This document shows positions 14,370-26,515 of a stretch of 64,000 nucleotides of DNA, piece after piece. Source of the DNA: Lama glama (taxonomy: Eukaryota); assembly GCA_028534125.1 (NCBI GenBank), contig CM052817.1, forward strand, positions 102,426,001 through 102,490,000. Reading direction: 5' to 3'. The translations under genes and the position numbers were made by a program. A model generated the notes under the pieces. The model did no database searches, was not told the origin of the DNA, and saw nothing but the letters and a program-made list of their open reading frames with translations. How positions within the stretch are numbered: the first letter of the stretch is position 1; every line of letters begins with the position of its first letter.

Positions 14370-14580
14370 CATGCCAACAGTATTTAGCGTTTACTGTGTG
14401 CCGGGTTCTGTTCCAAGTACTTTACATGAGCTAAACTTACTCAATTCTCACCTATGGCATAAGTCCTATTATTACCCCCCATTTTACAAAGGAGAAAACT
14501 GAGGCTCTGAGATATTTAATGATTTGCTCAAGGTACCTAGTCATAGTCCCAGTCCAGGCAATTAGGCTCCAAAGTGCACA
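14370..14580 (-). mobile_element. MIR SINE
   Basis: MIR core cccattttacaaaggagaaaactgaggctctgaga...gatttgctcaaggt. Confidence 0.8.
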
Positions 14581-16039
14581 CCCTGGCCCATGTCACTGTC
14601 CTGCTGGTTCTGCCGGATGGACCCGGCCAGTCCCTGTGGTTACGTGGAATATTCAAGAACAAACAGCCTCCACTTCAGAGTGCAGGGAGGAGGTAGTGTC
14701 TGGGGCGGGGAGCCATTCAAAAGAGGCAGAACAGGACTGGTCCTTGATAGCATCAACTCCTTTATGTTTTCTGGAATCTATTTCATTTAGTACTTAAAGG
14801 TAACAGTGTGCCTTTGAACTGTGTGTTAATATGTAAACTGCCTCGGGCCTTTCTAGAAGTGGGTGTGGTAGACTTTTAAACTAGGTGGTTACATTAATTA
14901 TTAACTACAAGTGCTCAATTACATAAAGGAATTCATTTGCATCTTTCTGAGAACTTATACACATTCTGACTAGAGTGGCAGAAAAGACGCTAAAACATGC
15001 AATCTTGAAAAAAAAAGTAGTTCTCTTTTTTTCTCTGGCATCAGTAAGCTTTATTGCAGGCCAGTTTATTTGGGGTTCATGACTACCTGTTGGGAGAAAT
15101 TCTCCTTTTTTCGTTTTTTCTTTTTGTTACCTACCAGATCCTAACTATCTTAAAAATCAAGAGCCCAAGGATGTAAGAAGGCATTATAATCCAAGAAAGA
15201 AGCGTATTTTGCTTGGCTCATATTAAGTTTTATTTATTATCTTAGAATTAAGGCCCAAAGAGTCTTTGCATAAAATACTAATGCTATAAAGTACTGAGAA
15301 ACCAACTTCCTCATCTTACGAAGCTACTTCTTTTCATGAAAACTGTGGCTCTGAGAAGTGTAGACATGAGGAAAATATGGATTTATACAAAAGGAAATTT
15401 ACAGTGTAATTATAAACTGGACCACGGACTTGTAATTGGAAGTCTGCATCTCATAATTACATTTAGAAACTCTGGTTCATACAAAATAGGTTCTTTCAAA
15501 TGTGATTCAGATTTAATTTGGAAATTCAGCTACTGAAATGAAGCTTACGGCAAAAAGTTTATACTCATCATGAATGTGGTTATGGGTGGTTTAATCCAAA
15601 TTCAGAGTGGATCCATCCAATGTGAGTCTCCAGCAGGCCATTTGAAAAAATAAATGATTTTTTTTTCATCTCAAAGATTCAGAGGGGGAGGTTTGGAAAA
15701 GATACTGCTAACTCTTCAAGGTAGCTGTTCTTAATGCATCTAAAATAGCTGGAAGTTTGGTAGCCCAAATAGTCCTACACAAGGGGAGAGAAGAGAAACT
15801 GGAGAATTGTCAGTCCTTTCCTTCTACTACAGTCTTACTCTTTGGAAAACAAAATATTTTGTGAAGTCAGAGAGTAAAGCAAAAGAAAAGGCAGTGAAAT
15901 TCAACACAGACCAGCTTATCTGATGCTTTTTTCCGTGTGCAGTCTGCGAGGCTCTGCGTTCCCTGCTAAACTACGTCTATATGGTGGAGGTGGTGAGAGA
16001 GGCAGGTAGACAGAAGTGTAAGTTACAGTCTTTCCTCTC

Positions 16040-19000
16040 AGATTATATGCGTGTGCATATAGTTTTGCCACTTATGTACATATTTCTAAACAATCTATTA
16101 TTTACTTTTGCATAATTTTGAACTTCATGCGGACTCGAGCTGTTTGTTTTCTTCTGTAACTTGTTTTTCTCACTCAAAATTATCTTCTGAGGTTTATCAG
16201 TGTTGAGGCAGGTAGCGAGCGATTACTCATTCATTTTTCATAACTCTAGAACATTCTATTTAATGGATATGCTATAGTTTACAAACTTATTTTTGTTGTA
16301 GAAGAACACTGCAACTCTTACAGGTTTTTGTTTACTTGTTTGTCCTTTCTGCTCTTAACAAACAAAGCTGCTTGGAACAGCACTGCATATCTCCCGGTAC
16401 TAGTGAACAGAAGTTTCTCTAGGTGTTTACCTTGAAGTCAACGTCTTGAGTCATTGGGTTTGTGCAGCTTTATTGGCTAATGCCAACTTGTTTTCCATGG
16501 TACTAATTTACACTCACCCTGCAATATATGAGTGAAAGTTTGCCCAACACTTGGCATTATCCAACTTTTAATTATTGCCAGTGTGATTGATGCAAAGTAG
16601 TATTTCATGTCGTTTTAATGTGCATTTCCCATATGTTTATACCCAGTCCTGTTGCCCTCCTGGGAAATAACCATTTGCATCATTCACCCATTTTTTTTCT
16701 CTTGGGTTGTCTGTCTTTTTCTTACAGATCTGAGTTCTTTGAGTTCTTTTTTGACTTCCATAGAGCCTGGAAACTAATCCTTTGCTAGGTATATGCATCA
16801 CATATAATTTCTTCCCAGGTTATGACTTTATGGGCTTTATTGATGAACAGAATTATTCATTTTAATATAGTTCATTTCATCAAAGTTTTTCTTTATGATT
16901 TGCTCTGGGTGTCTTTTTAACAAAACTCTTACTTATTTTGAGGTCATTTATTCCCCTATATTTCCTTCTAAAATTTTTAAAATTTTGCCTTTCGTATTTA
17001 TGTTCTTAGTCCAACTTGAATTTTTTTCATGCATTCTAATAAAATTTTTTAATTATCTCTGCAGTTTTCATTATTATTTTCTAGATTCTGTTTGTTCCCT
17101 TTTTACTCATGAGATGTATAGTTTTAAATTTCCAAATGTACTTTCTTATGTATTATTTTGTTATTGGTTTCCAACCTTATTATGTTATGGTTAAACAATG
17201 ACACAATAGATACTGAATTTTTTGAAATTTGTTGAAATTTGTCTTATACCTTAGTATGTGTTTAGTTTCCTAGATATTTTTTGCATGCTTAAAAATAATA
17301 TGTATTCCTCTAATTTGTAGGTGCAAAATTATATGTGTATATATATAGTATATATTATATATACATACATACATATATACACATGTAGCCATTAATTCAA
17401 GCTTGCTGATGTATTGTCTAGATCTTCTATGTTCTGACTTTTTTTTTGGCTATTTGACCTATTGTGTTATATTGTATTGTGTTGTATTGGGACTGTTTTA
17501 CAATATTATACCAACAGTGGTGGATTTTTCAGTTTCTCATAGTAGTTATTTCAGTTTTTCTTTGTATATTTTGAAGTTATGTTATGAAATACACACAAGT
17601 TTCAAACTTACAAATTTAACATTTTTCATTATGTAGAAATTATTTTTCTTTCTTTTTTTAAAAAAATTCCTTTTCTGTATCTATGAATGCTTTTCTTTTG
17701 CTAAGTATATTTTGTAAAAATTAATATATCTACATTATCTAACTTTTATTAGTATATATTTAGTAAAAGTTTTAAATGCTTTTGCTTTTGTGTCATTAGG
17801 CTTTAAATGGGATTATTGTAAACAACTGAATTTGTATGTTTGTTTGATTCCAAGTGATAACATTTGTCTTTTAATTGCAGTAGTCAGTTTACACATATTG
17901 TGTTTGTCGATATAGTCTGATGTATTTCCATCATATTTTGGCTATTTGTTGCACCCTTTCTGTTTTGATTTTGGTTCTGTTTTTTTTTGTTTGTTTGTTT
18001 TTTTTGTCTTTTCTTTTTTGTGTTCTTTTGGGTTAACTGAATGTTTAATTGACATTACTGAATGCTGGTGAGGATGTGGAGCAACAGGAACTCTCATTTG
18101 TTGCTGGTGAGAATGCACAAAGGTACACCTACTTTGGAAGATAGTTTGGCAGTTTGTTACAAAACCAGACATACTTTTACCATACGATCCAACAATCGTG
18201 TTACTTGATAGTTAATGCAAATGAATTGAAAGCTTATATCCACACAAAATCCTGCACACAGTTGTTTATGGCAGCTTTATTCATAACTGCCAAGACTTGG
18301 AAGCAACCAAGATATCCATCAATAAGTGAACAGATAAATAAACTGTGGTATATCAGACAATGAAATGTTGTTACCAGTCAAGCCATGAAAAGACATGGAG
18401 GAATCTTAAATGCATATTACTAAATGAAATGAGCCAATCTGTAAAGGCTGCATACTGAATAATTACAACTATATGACATTTTGGAGAAGCCGAAACTATA
18501 AGGACAGTAGAAAGATCACTGGTTGCCAGGGTTAGGGAGAAGGGAAGAATGAATAGGTGAAACACAGGATTTTTAAGGCAGTAAAAATACTCCGTATGAT
18601 ACTATAATGATATACACATGTCATAAGACATACGTCCAAACTCATAGAATGTATGAGACCAAGAGAGAACCCTAATGTAAACTACTGGGTGATGATGTTC
18701 ATCCTTGGTACTAATGATACAAGTCTGGTGGGTGATGCTGATAGTGGGGAAGGCTGTGTATGTGGAAGGGTAAAGGGTAAATGGAACCTCCCTGTATGTG
18801 TTACTCAATTTTGCTGTGAACCTAAAACTCTCCTAAAAAATGAAGGCTTAAAAAATGAGTCTATATTTGTTTGAGTGATAATTTTACTAGGAATATTTGT
18901 AGGCTGAATGTTGTAGCACTTGATTTTTCCACTATAGCTCCTGAAAAATCAGCTGTCAGTTTGGCAGTCCTTGAGTGATAAGGCCTCTTCTCTTTCCTGG

Positions 19001-19220
19001 CTTCTCTTTGTCTTTGGTCTTCTCCAGTTTCACCCTGTTGTGTAGCTATCCATTCCTTCTTACCTTGTTTTGGATTCATTGGATTCTTATATCAGAGAAC
19101 TTGTTTTTTCAATCATTCTGAAAACTTGTAAGCCACTATCTCTTTAAACAGTTTCTTTCCCCTTTCTATTTTCTCCTTAAACTCCAAATGGAAGTATGTG
19201 AGACTTCTGCTCTTCTCAAA
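16040..19220. mobile_element. Cluster of old L1M fragments (mostly minus; plus-strand ORF2 end/3'UTR at ~18050-18850)
   Basis: Degenerate L1 ORF2 C-terminus (CTQLFMAALFITAKTWKQPRYPS) at 18154-18363; T-rich L1-like flanks. Confidence 0.7.
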
Positions 19221-21443
19221 AACAAGCTTCTTAGAATTACTCCATCTTTGTCAAAGGCCATAGAAAATATACCCTGTGTAGGAGTTTCTGGATTTGTCTT
19301 TATAATCCACTAAGTGATGGATTATAACCGTGACCTTCCCAAATTGCCCTCTGTTGTGAAAAGCAAATTGCTTAGAGTTTGAGAAAGTACAATAACAGAA
19401 TATAATCTTTTTCATTGATGAATTCATTGGCAGGATTCTTGGCAGCTTGACTTTTGGCAATATGGCTGCCAAGTTTTCAGTTATCTGTAATATCATAGAA
19501 ACTAGATCATTATCAAGATGATCCAATCTCATTGACCATAGAAAATGATGGAAATGTTCCATGATGGAAAAGGAGTGCATGGCATCACCAGCCAATGTCA
19601 TCTGCAGATTTTTTTATGCAGTTATTAGAAATTTGGGTCATAACAAATTGACATGAGTCAATGTATGGCATGAGTATAAAGCTAATTTTTTAAAAGGGAT
19701 TTACAACTTACTTTAATCATTTGCTTTAAAGAAGCCTCCTCTTCACCTGTTAATGAAAAGACTGAGGCTCTTAATCTTCTCATCAGCCACTGTGAAGTCA
19801 AAAACAATGGGGCAATGGATTATAAACTAATTCATAGATATCAAAGATGGAGATCTGGCAACACTTGAAAGATAGTTTATCAGAGTAAATAGTCAATGCC
19901 TCTGCCTCTGCATATTTCTTAACATTTGGAAGAAGCATATCCTGAATGAGAATCCGTAGGTAAGTACCTGGTGATAGCACTCAGTATGGCTGCATCCATT
20001 TTAGTGAAACCTATTATTTCAGGAGAGCTTAGTTTTGCCCAGAGCTTGCAATGGTGAGAAGCATGAACAAGTCGTGAATTGTCTGTACATCAAAATGCCA
20101 GCAGCACAGTTAATTAGTTACTTTCACCTTGGTAACCTTAGAGAAGGAAAACTAAGCAGTAATTTTAAGCAGGCTGGACAGGATGGGAGGAGAATGAAGA
20201 TGCCATCTGTGTTGCCATCTGTGCAGATGGAACATCTTGGTATTTATTGCCTGCCTACTCTGTGCAGCTTGGTTCCAGTCCTCATAGAACTTGCACTGGG
20301 CATGAAAAAGATCAAGAGTAACTGCTTTGCAAATCAAGTAAATAAATCTCTTACATTTGGCACAACAATTACTGAGTGTTTATATATTGCAGGCACTGGC
20401 TGTCTAAGCATTAGGACACAAAGAAAAAGGAAATATGGTTCCACCCACATATAACCATATAAACGAATGCAGTCAGTTCAAAAAAAACATGCTATTCTAG
20501 GTTCCCTGCCACCATGTGAGTTGACTGTGCATTGGTGTATGAGCCAGGCTCAACACACCTGATAAAAAAATGAAGCAGATGTTGCTTTTGACACAAAAAG
20601 CTCCATTGTGAGGCCCTGGCACCTGAGAACAGGTATGCCTCAGATCTGATTCAATTTTTGGAGGATGGCGTAAGGAAGCTGGAAATGCTTTTCCAGGGAG
20701 CTGTGCTGGTGACGCAGCCACCAGTCATCAATTCTCAAGAAACAAAGAGTCTTTGATTCCAGCGTCAGTCGCAGGTCCACACTTGTTGGTGCTCTTCAAC
20801 TTAGTTTGCCCCAGACTAGTAGCTAGAGTTCATTGTCACTCTCTCTTCATTAACAGCAAGCAGAAGTTACTCCAGAGAGAGGAATGCTTGCCAGAGCAGA
20901 AGAAAAGAGAAGTTGGAAGCAGGTTATGTTTTTTGTTTGTTTTTTGGTTTTTTGTTTTTTTGCACTAAACGGAGTGGCAGAACAGTATGCTCCATGTAGT
21001 TCCATAAAATCTTCAAAAATAGAACGTCTAATGTGAGAGTAAAGAATTTACCAATTTGTATTCCAACTAAGCTAGAAGAGAAGTACTTGCTCGTAAAATC
21101 TCACACACCCCGATCATTTCCTGGCTTAAAGATAATATTTTTCAGGTTAATACCCATATTAATGGAGAACATGTTGAAACCTTTCAGGAAGATCTCACCT
21201 TTAGCCTGGACACATTGGCTCCACCAAACTTACCCAAAATGGATGATGACTCGAAAGGTATGTTCATTATCTCTATCTGGTATTTTCTGCCAAAGCAGTT
21301 ATTCTCTCCATTTTTCATTATCTATTCTGTCTCCCAGTGTGTTTTTTGTGTGTCTATGAAGATGATATGACAAGTATGTAGCACACCATGGCAGGAAGTA
21401 CTAGTGTGGTTTACCTGAGGTCAGGGCGTGGTAATGTCTCCCC

Positions 21444-21540
21444 AAAGGGGGAAGGAAAAGACTCCAGTTCTTGTCATACTCGAAAGAAAAGAATTCTGAT
21501 GGGAGACAAAGGTGTGTAGTGAAAGAATGTTGTGACACAG
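21444..21540 (-). mobile_element. Fragment of LTR family B
   Basis: ggaaaagactccagttcttgtcatac...gatgggagacaaag..tgtgtag nearly matches 31888-31956. Confidence 0.7.
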
Positions 21541-21947
21541 CTCCAAGAATTCCTTTAAGGTGAAGGTTTTCTTTCAGCAGGCATCATTTCCTCTGGGATA
21601 TCTTCATCCTTTTAATCACAATCACTTCTTCACTAATGTTGATAAGTTTGCCTTTACCAATTTTCTCTGGCTGCACATCTGGTCTTTCAAGTATTGACAG
21701 TGTCAGCATTCCTACTGTCAGCTCTCTCTTCTATAATTCCTTTACAACTGATCTGAATTTTACTTCCCTGGTATCATACGTCCTTTCTTTGCTACACTTT
21801 CATCTTTCTTGGCCAGTTCTCTCTCTCTCAGTGATCTATTTTTATAAAATGCCCTGTGGATTTGTCACTGAGAGACAGGGAGGCAACACAACTGCACACT
21901 TTGGGTGTGTGCATGAACTGAATAATAATCTTGCAATTACATCCAGT

Positions 21948-22492
21948 TGATACATCTTGGTAACTGAAATTGGAACCATGCTGTCAGGGGACTGGTGAGT
22001 AAAAGTAGATTTATTCAGAAAGATGTACACTATACAGACCAAGTGCAGGCCATCTCAGAAGGCCAGGGAGGCCATGAGGTGTGTGTGGGGGGTGGTTAAA
22101 GTAAAAGTAGATACATAGAGTGCGGACCATCTCAGAAGGCAAGAAAGAGGGAGTGACCATGAGGTGAGGGGTTGTTGATTTTTATATCTAACAAGTGGGA
22201 GGATTATTCCAATTACTTTAGAAAAGAAGTGGGGATTCCCAGGAATTGGACCACCGCCCTCTCTTCAGCCTTTCATGGTTACCCTCTGAACTGTCATGGC
22301 GCCCGTGGGTATGTCATTAACCATGAGAGTACGTTATAATGTGTTTAATGAAAATCAAAGTCCACTGGAGGTTGACTCTCCTGCCATCTTGGGCCTCAAG
22401 GTCTATTGGGAGTTGACTTCTCTGCCATCTTGGTGCTAATTGCTGTGTCATTCCTTTAGTGGCTGTGCCCTGTCCCCTTCCTTCCTGTCTCA
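21948..22492 (-). mobile_element. Solo LTR (family A); left boundary uncertain
   Basis: Shares gtagatttatt...ggctgtgccctgtccccttcc..cctgtctca with 44680-45160. Confidence 0.82.
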
Positions 22493-23325
22493 GTATTATA
22501 ATGCACTTCTATGAATCGGTCTTTTGCTAAGAGCGCCCTTTATGGAAACTTCTTTTCTCTAATGTTCTATATGTATATATTTTTTGCTGTTTTATTTATT
22601 TATTATTTTTTTCATTTTACATTGTTTATAGAGTAATAGTCATTTTACAATATTGTGTCAAATTCTAGTGTAGAGCACAATTTTTCAGTTATATATGAAC
22701 ACGTATATATTCATTGTCACTTTTTTTTTTTTCGCTATGAGCTACCACAAGATCTTGTATATATTTCCCTGTGCTATACAGTATAATCTGGTTTATCTAT
22801 TCTGCATTTTAAAATCCCAGTCTGTCCCTTCCTACCCCCACCCCCTTGGCAACCACAAATTTGTATTCTATGTCAATGAGTCTGTTTCTGTTTTGTATTT
22901 CTATCTTGGGTTTTTTGGGCTTTTTTAGATTCCTCATATGAGCGATCTCATATGGTATTTTTCTTTCTCTTTCTGGCTTACTTCACTTAGAATGACATTC
23001 TCCAGGACCATCCATGTTGCTGCAAATGGCGTTATGTTGTCAGTTTTTGTGGCTGAGTAGTGTTCCATCATATAAATATACCACATCTTCTTTATCCAGT
23101 CATCTGTTGATGGGCATTTAGGTTGCTTCCATGTCTTGACTATTGTAAATAGTGCTGCTATGAACATTGGGGTGCAGGTGTCATTTTGAAGTAGGGTTCC
23201 TTCTGGATGTATGCTCAGGAGCGGGATTCCTGGGGCATACAGTAAGTCTATTCCTAGTCTTTTGAGGAATCTCCATACTGTTTTCCACAGAGGCTTTCCT
23301 TGCTTCCCTCTCCCACTCTTAATGA

Positions 23326-23425
23326 NNNNNNNNNNNNNNNNNNNNNNNNNNNNNNNNNNNNNNNNNNNNNNNNNNNNNNNNNNNNNNNNNNNNNNNNNNN
23401 NNNNNNNNNNNNNNNNNNNNNNNNN
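23326..23425. other. Assembly gap (100 N, probably a placeholder of unknown size)
   Basis: Exactly 100 N. Confidence 0.99.
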
Positions 23426-24168
23426 ACTTTGAATATATCTTGCCACTCCCTTCTGGCCTGTAGTGTTTGTGTAGAGAAATCAGCAGAGAGCCTTATGGGG
23501 GTTCCCTTGTAACCCACTCTTTGTTTTTCTCTTGCTGCCTTTAGGATCATTTCTTTATCCTTGACTCTTGCCATCTTGATTATGATATGTCTTAGTGTGG
23601 GTCTGTTTGAGTTCTTCCTGTTTGGGACCCTCTGAGCCTCCTGTACTTGGATATCTGATTCTTTTAGGTTTTGGAAGTTTTCAGTCATGATTTCTTCAAA
23701 TATTTTTTCAATCCCCTTTGTTCTTTCTTCCCCTTCTTGAACCCCTGTTATGCGTAGATTGGCACACTTTATATTATCCCATAGGTCCCTTATATTGTTT
23801 TCATTGTTTTTTATTTGTTTTTCTCTCAGCTGTTCTGATTGGGTGCTTTCTGTTGTCCTGTCTTCTAGGTCACTTATTCGTTCCTCTGCATTATCTAGCC
23901 TGCTTTGTATAGCCCTTAGGTCAGATCTAATCTCAGCAAATGAGTTGACTAATTCTACTTGGTTCTTCTTTATAGCTTCTATTTCATTTTTGACATGTTT
24001 TATATCTCTAAACACTATTTCTTTTAGTTCCTTCAGTACTTTGTTCACTCCTTTTTTGAAATCTTGATCTAGTAGGTCATCAGTGTCTATTTCCTTGATC
24101 GTGCTGTCAGGGGATTTCTCTTGATCTTTTAATTGGGAGTGGTTCCTCTGCTTCTTCATATTGCTCAT
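23426..24168 (-). CDS. L1 ORF1p (open for ~247 codons up to the gap)
   Basis: MSNMKKQRNHSQLKDQE...coiled coil...LWDNIKCANLRITGVQEGEE...AQRVP...RHIIIKM...YKGTPIRLSADFS...ARREWQDIFK, typical of L1 ORF1p. Confidence 0.92.
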
Positions 24169-26381
24169 ATCTCTCTGGCACTGTCGCTTAAGGAGTATCA
24201 GTTATCTAGTTCTCCTGCAGACGGTGTGCTCTTAATGATTTTATCAAGAGGTCTTTGTCTTCACCCTGTTTTGTGTACTCAGCTTGCTGTTTCCAGAGGC
24301 CCTCTGTTGGTGCCTTTGTCTGTGCTGCTCCCAGTGTCTGTGGGCTAGCAGATCGCGCCCTCTCCCAACACTGGGTTAGGTGCTGAGCTCTTACCCGGTG
24401 GGCGGGCATGCCACTCCCCCTCCCGATGCCGCAGTCAGATGCTGCACTCTGGCGAGGCAGGTGGGCTGATCGCGCTCCCCCCCTCCCAGCACTGTGGTCA
24501 GGTGCTGCATGCCTGCCAGGAAGGCGGGGGGCCGCCTGCCCTCTCCCGGTGCAGGTCGCTCCACTGCTCTGTGCAGCTGCCCTCTCTGCCTCTGGTGGGC
24601 GCTCCATAGGCGGCTCGGGAAAGACCATGAAATGGCCCCACCCCTGCTCCATGCCAAATCTCAGCTCCTTGTTTGTCTTGGTGGCTCAAGTTCTCTGAAC
24701 AGAAAGATCCTATCGGCCTCGGGTTGTAAACAAATCTCAATCTTGCCTAGGAGGTTGTGGAGCCCCCTGGTGCAGATTCAGGTCTCGGCCCCGCCCCCGC
24801 CTGGGCGCTGCGCACAGGAGGAGATGGCCGCTGTGGCTGCGCCCCGCCTCTCTTCTTGCAAGAAGCACCAGTAATGGCGGCGCAGGTCTGAGGAGACAAA
24901 GGCTGTGGCGCCCCTCCCCCCAGGGCACATCAGGCGTGTTGCTTTGCTTTTTTTCGCAATTTATGGGGAACCAAGGTTGTTCTGCTCCGTATCCCCTCCC
25001 AGCCATGCCGTGCAGCCCCCTGCAGTCCCCCAGGGCTGCCTCAGTGCAGCCGTCCCAGTCCTCCGCCAGGCTTGGGCCACCTGGCCCGGCCCCAGCGGCC
25101 GGCTCATGTCTCGGGCTGGGTGTTGCGGGGACCCTTTGTGCCCATTTAACTCAGTTCTGTCGGTCAAGGGGTGCTCGGGACAGATCTGAGCCTCGGAGGC
25201 TCCCCCTCAGTCCCACTGGCCTCTCCGTTGGAGGGGGGAGAGCCAGCGGATGAGTGCCAGTCCTCCTTTGCCAGTCCCGCACTGTTTTGCTTTTTCTTCT
25301 TTTTTCCTTTTCTTCTACCAGATTTTTGGCATCTTTGTCTTTCGAAGAGGCCAATGCTCTGTCGGAGTTCAGCAGGTGCCCTGGTTGGCTGAGTGGGCCC
25401 GTAGGTGTGAGTTTTGGTGCATTTGTGGGAGAGGGTGAGCTACAAGCGTCCTTCTACTCCCCATCTTGCTTCTCCCTCTAATGTTCTTTAAATAGGACAA
25501 TACCTCATTATTATCATCATATTTCTGTTTTTCCTCATTCATACTTATTTCCTATGTATATTTTAAAGAATATCTTCTTATTCTTAAAACTCCTTTCTCC
25601 TTCTTTTCCTCTTCAGAAATTATTGGATCCTTTCCTTTTCTCCTTAGAATAACGTCCCTGGTTCTTTCTCCTTTTTAATCTCATAAAATGTCATTCATTC
25701 ATCTCTTTCCTGAAATCCCAAAAATAGCCAGACTATTTTTTCAATAAATGGACTGTAAAAGCCATTGTTCTATAGTAAAAACAATATATAAAAACCAGAG
25801 TGGACCTAAACCTCTATCATCTAGTAAATTTGTAAGCTTAAAAGAACTCAAGTGTACAAACTCCTTTTAAAGGTACTCATGTCTGCTCTCTTATGAACAC
25901 CCACTGCACTGATGCCCTGTCTCCACCTGGCAGGCCATCTACGTAATGGCCATAGTTTATGTGTATGTGCCTCACCATCACCCACTGCGGTTATTTGAGC
26001 TGTCTGAGCTGAAGTGACCTAAAGGAATGGTTTGGTCAATCTTCCATTCCTGATAATAAGAGAGAAGAGTTTGTATTGGCCAAAAATTGAGACATTTATA
26101 CCTGCTAATTTTTACTCAGAAAAAAAGAATTTAGTCCCTACCATTCCCTAGAACATCAGTGGTGGGTGAGAATAGAGGAGTGAGCCTGATGGTCAAGGTT
26201 CTTGACCTCTAAAATTTAGAGTCTTTAGAAGTCAACATCCTAACATCCTTCATTTGCTATTGTGTCAATCTTCTGTCCCTTCTTCACAAGTTACAACTAT
26301 ACATCAAATGCTTAGTTTGGAAAAGTAAAGGAATGAAAGTAAATTTTCTTAGAATTTCTTAATACCCCTTGAGATAATTAT

Positions 26382-26515
26382 AGTTGACAGGTAAAATAAA
26401 GAATGTCTTATAAAATATGAATTTCAGATAAACAATGAATAATTTTTAGTATAAATATGCCCCATGCAATATTTAGATATGCCCTAAATTAGACATACCT
26501 AAATCTGGCCACCCT
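26382..26515. mobile_element. MER53-like MITE remnant
   Basis: tgaatttcagataaacaatgaataatttttagtataa...catgcaatattt...tctggccaccct. Confidence 0.65.

Larger units (their letters stand above)
22569..25475 (-). mobile_element. LINE-1 with intact 5' end, ORF1, ORF2 C-terminus and 3'UTR, spanning an assembly gap
   Basis: Perfect 12-bp TSD CTCTAATGTTCT (22557-22568 and 25476-25487); CpG-rich 5'UTR; ORF1; ORF2 tail [10 protein letters not shown]...CTPMFIAALFTIVKTWKQPKCP; T-rich tail on +. Confidence 0.95.

Noticed and set aside
19251..20454. 116-aa and 139-aa ORFs in non-repetitive sequence
   Set aside because: No recognisable protein similarity or gene structure.
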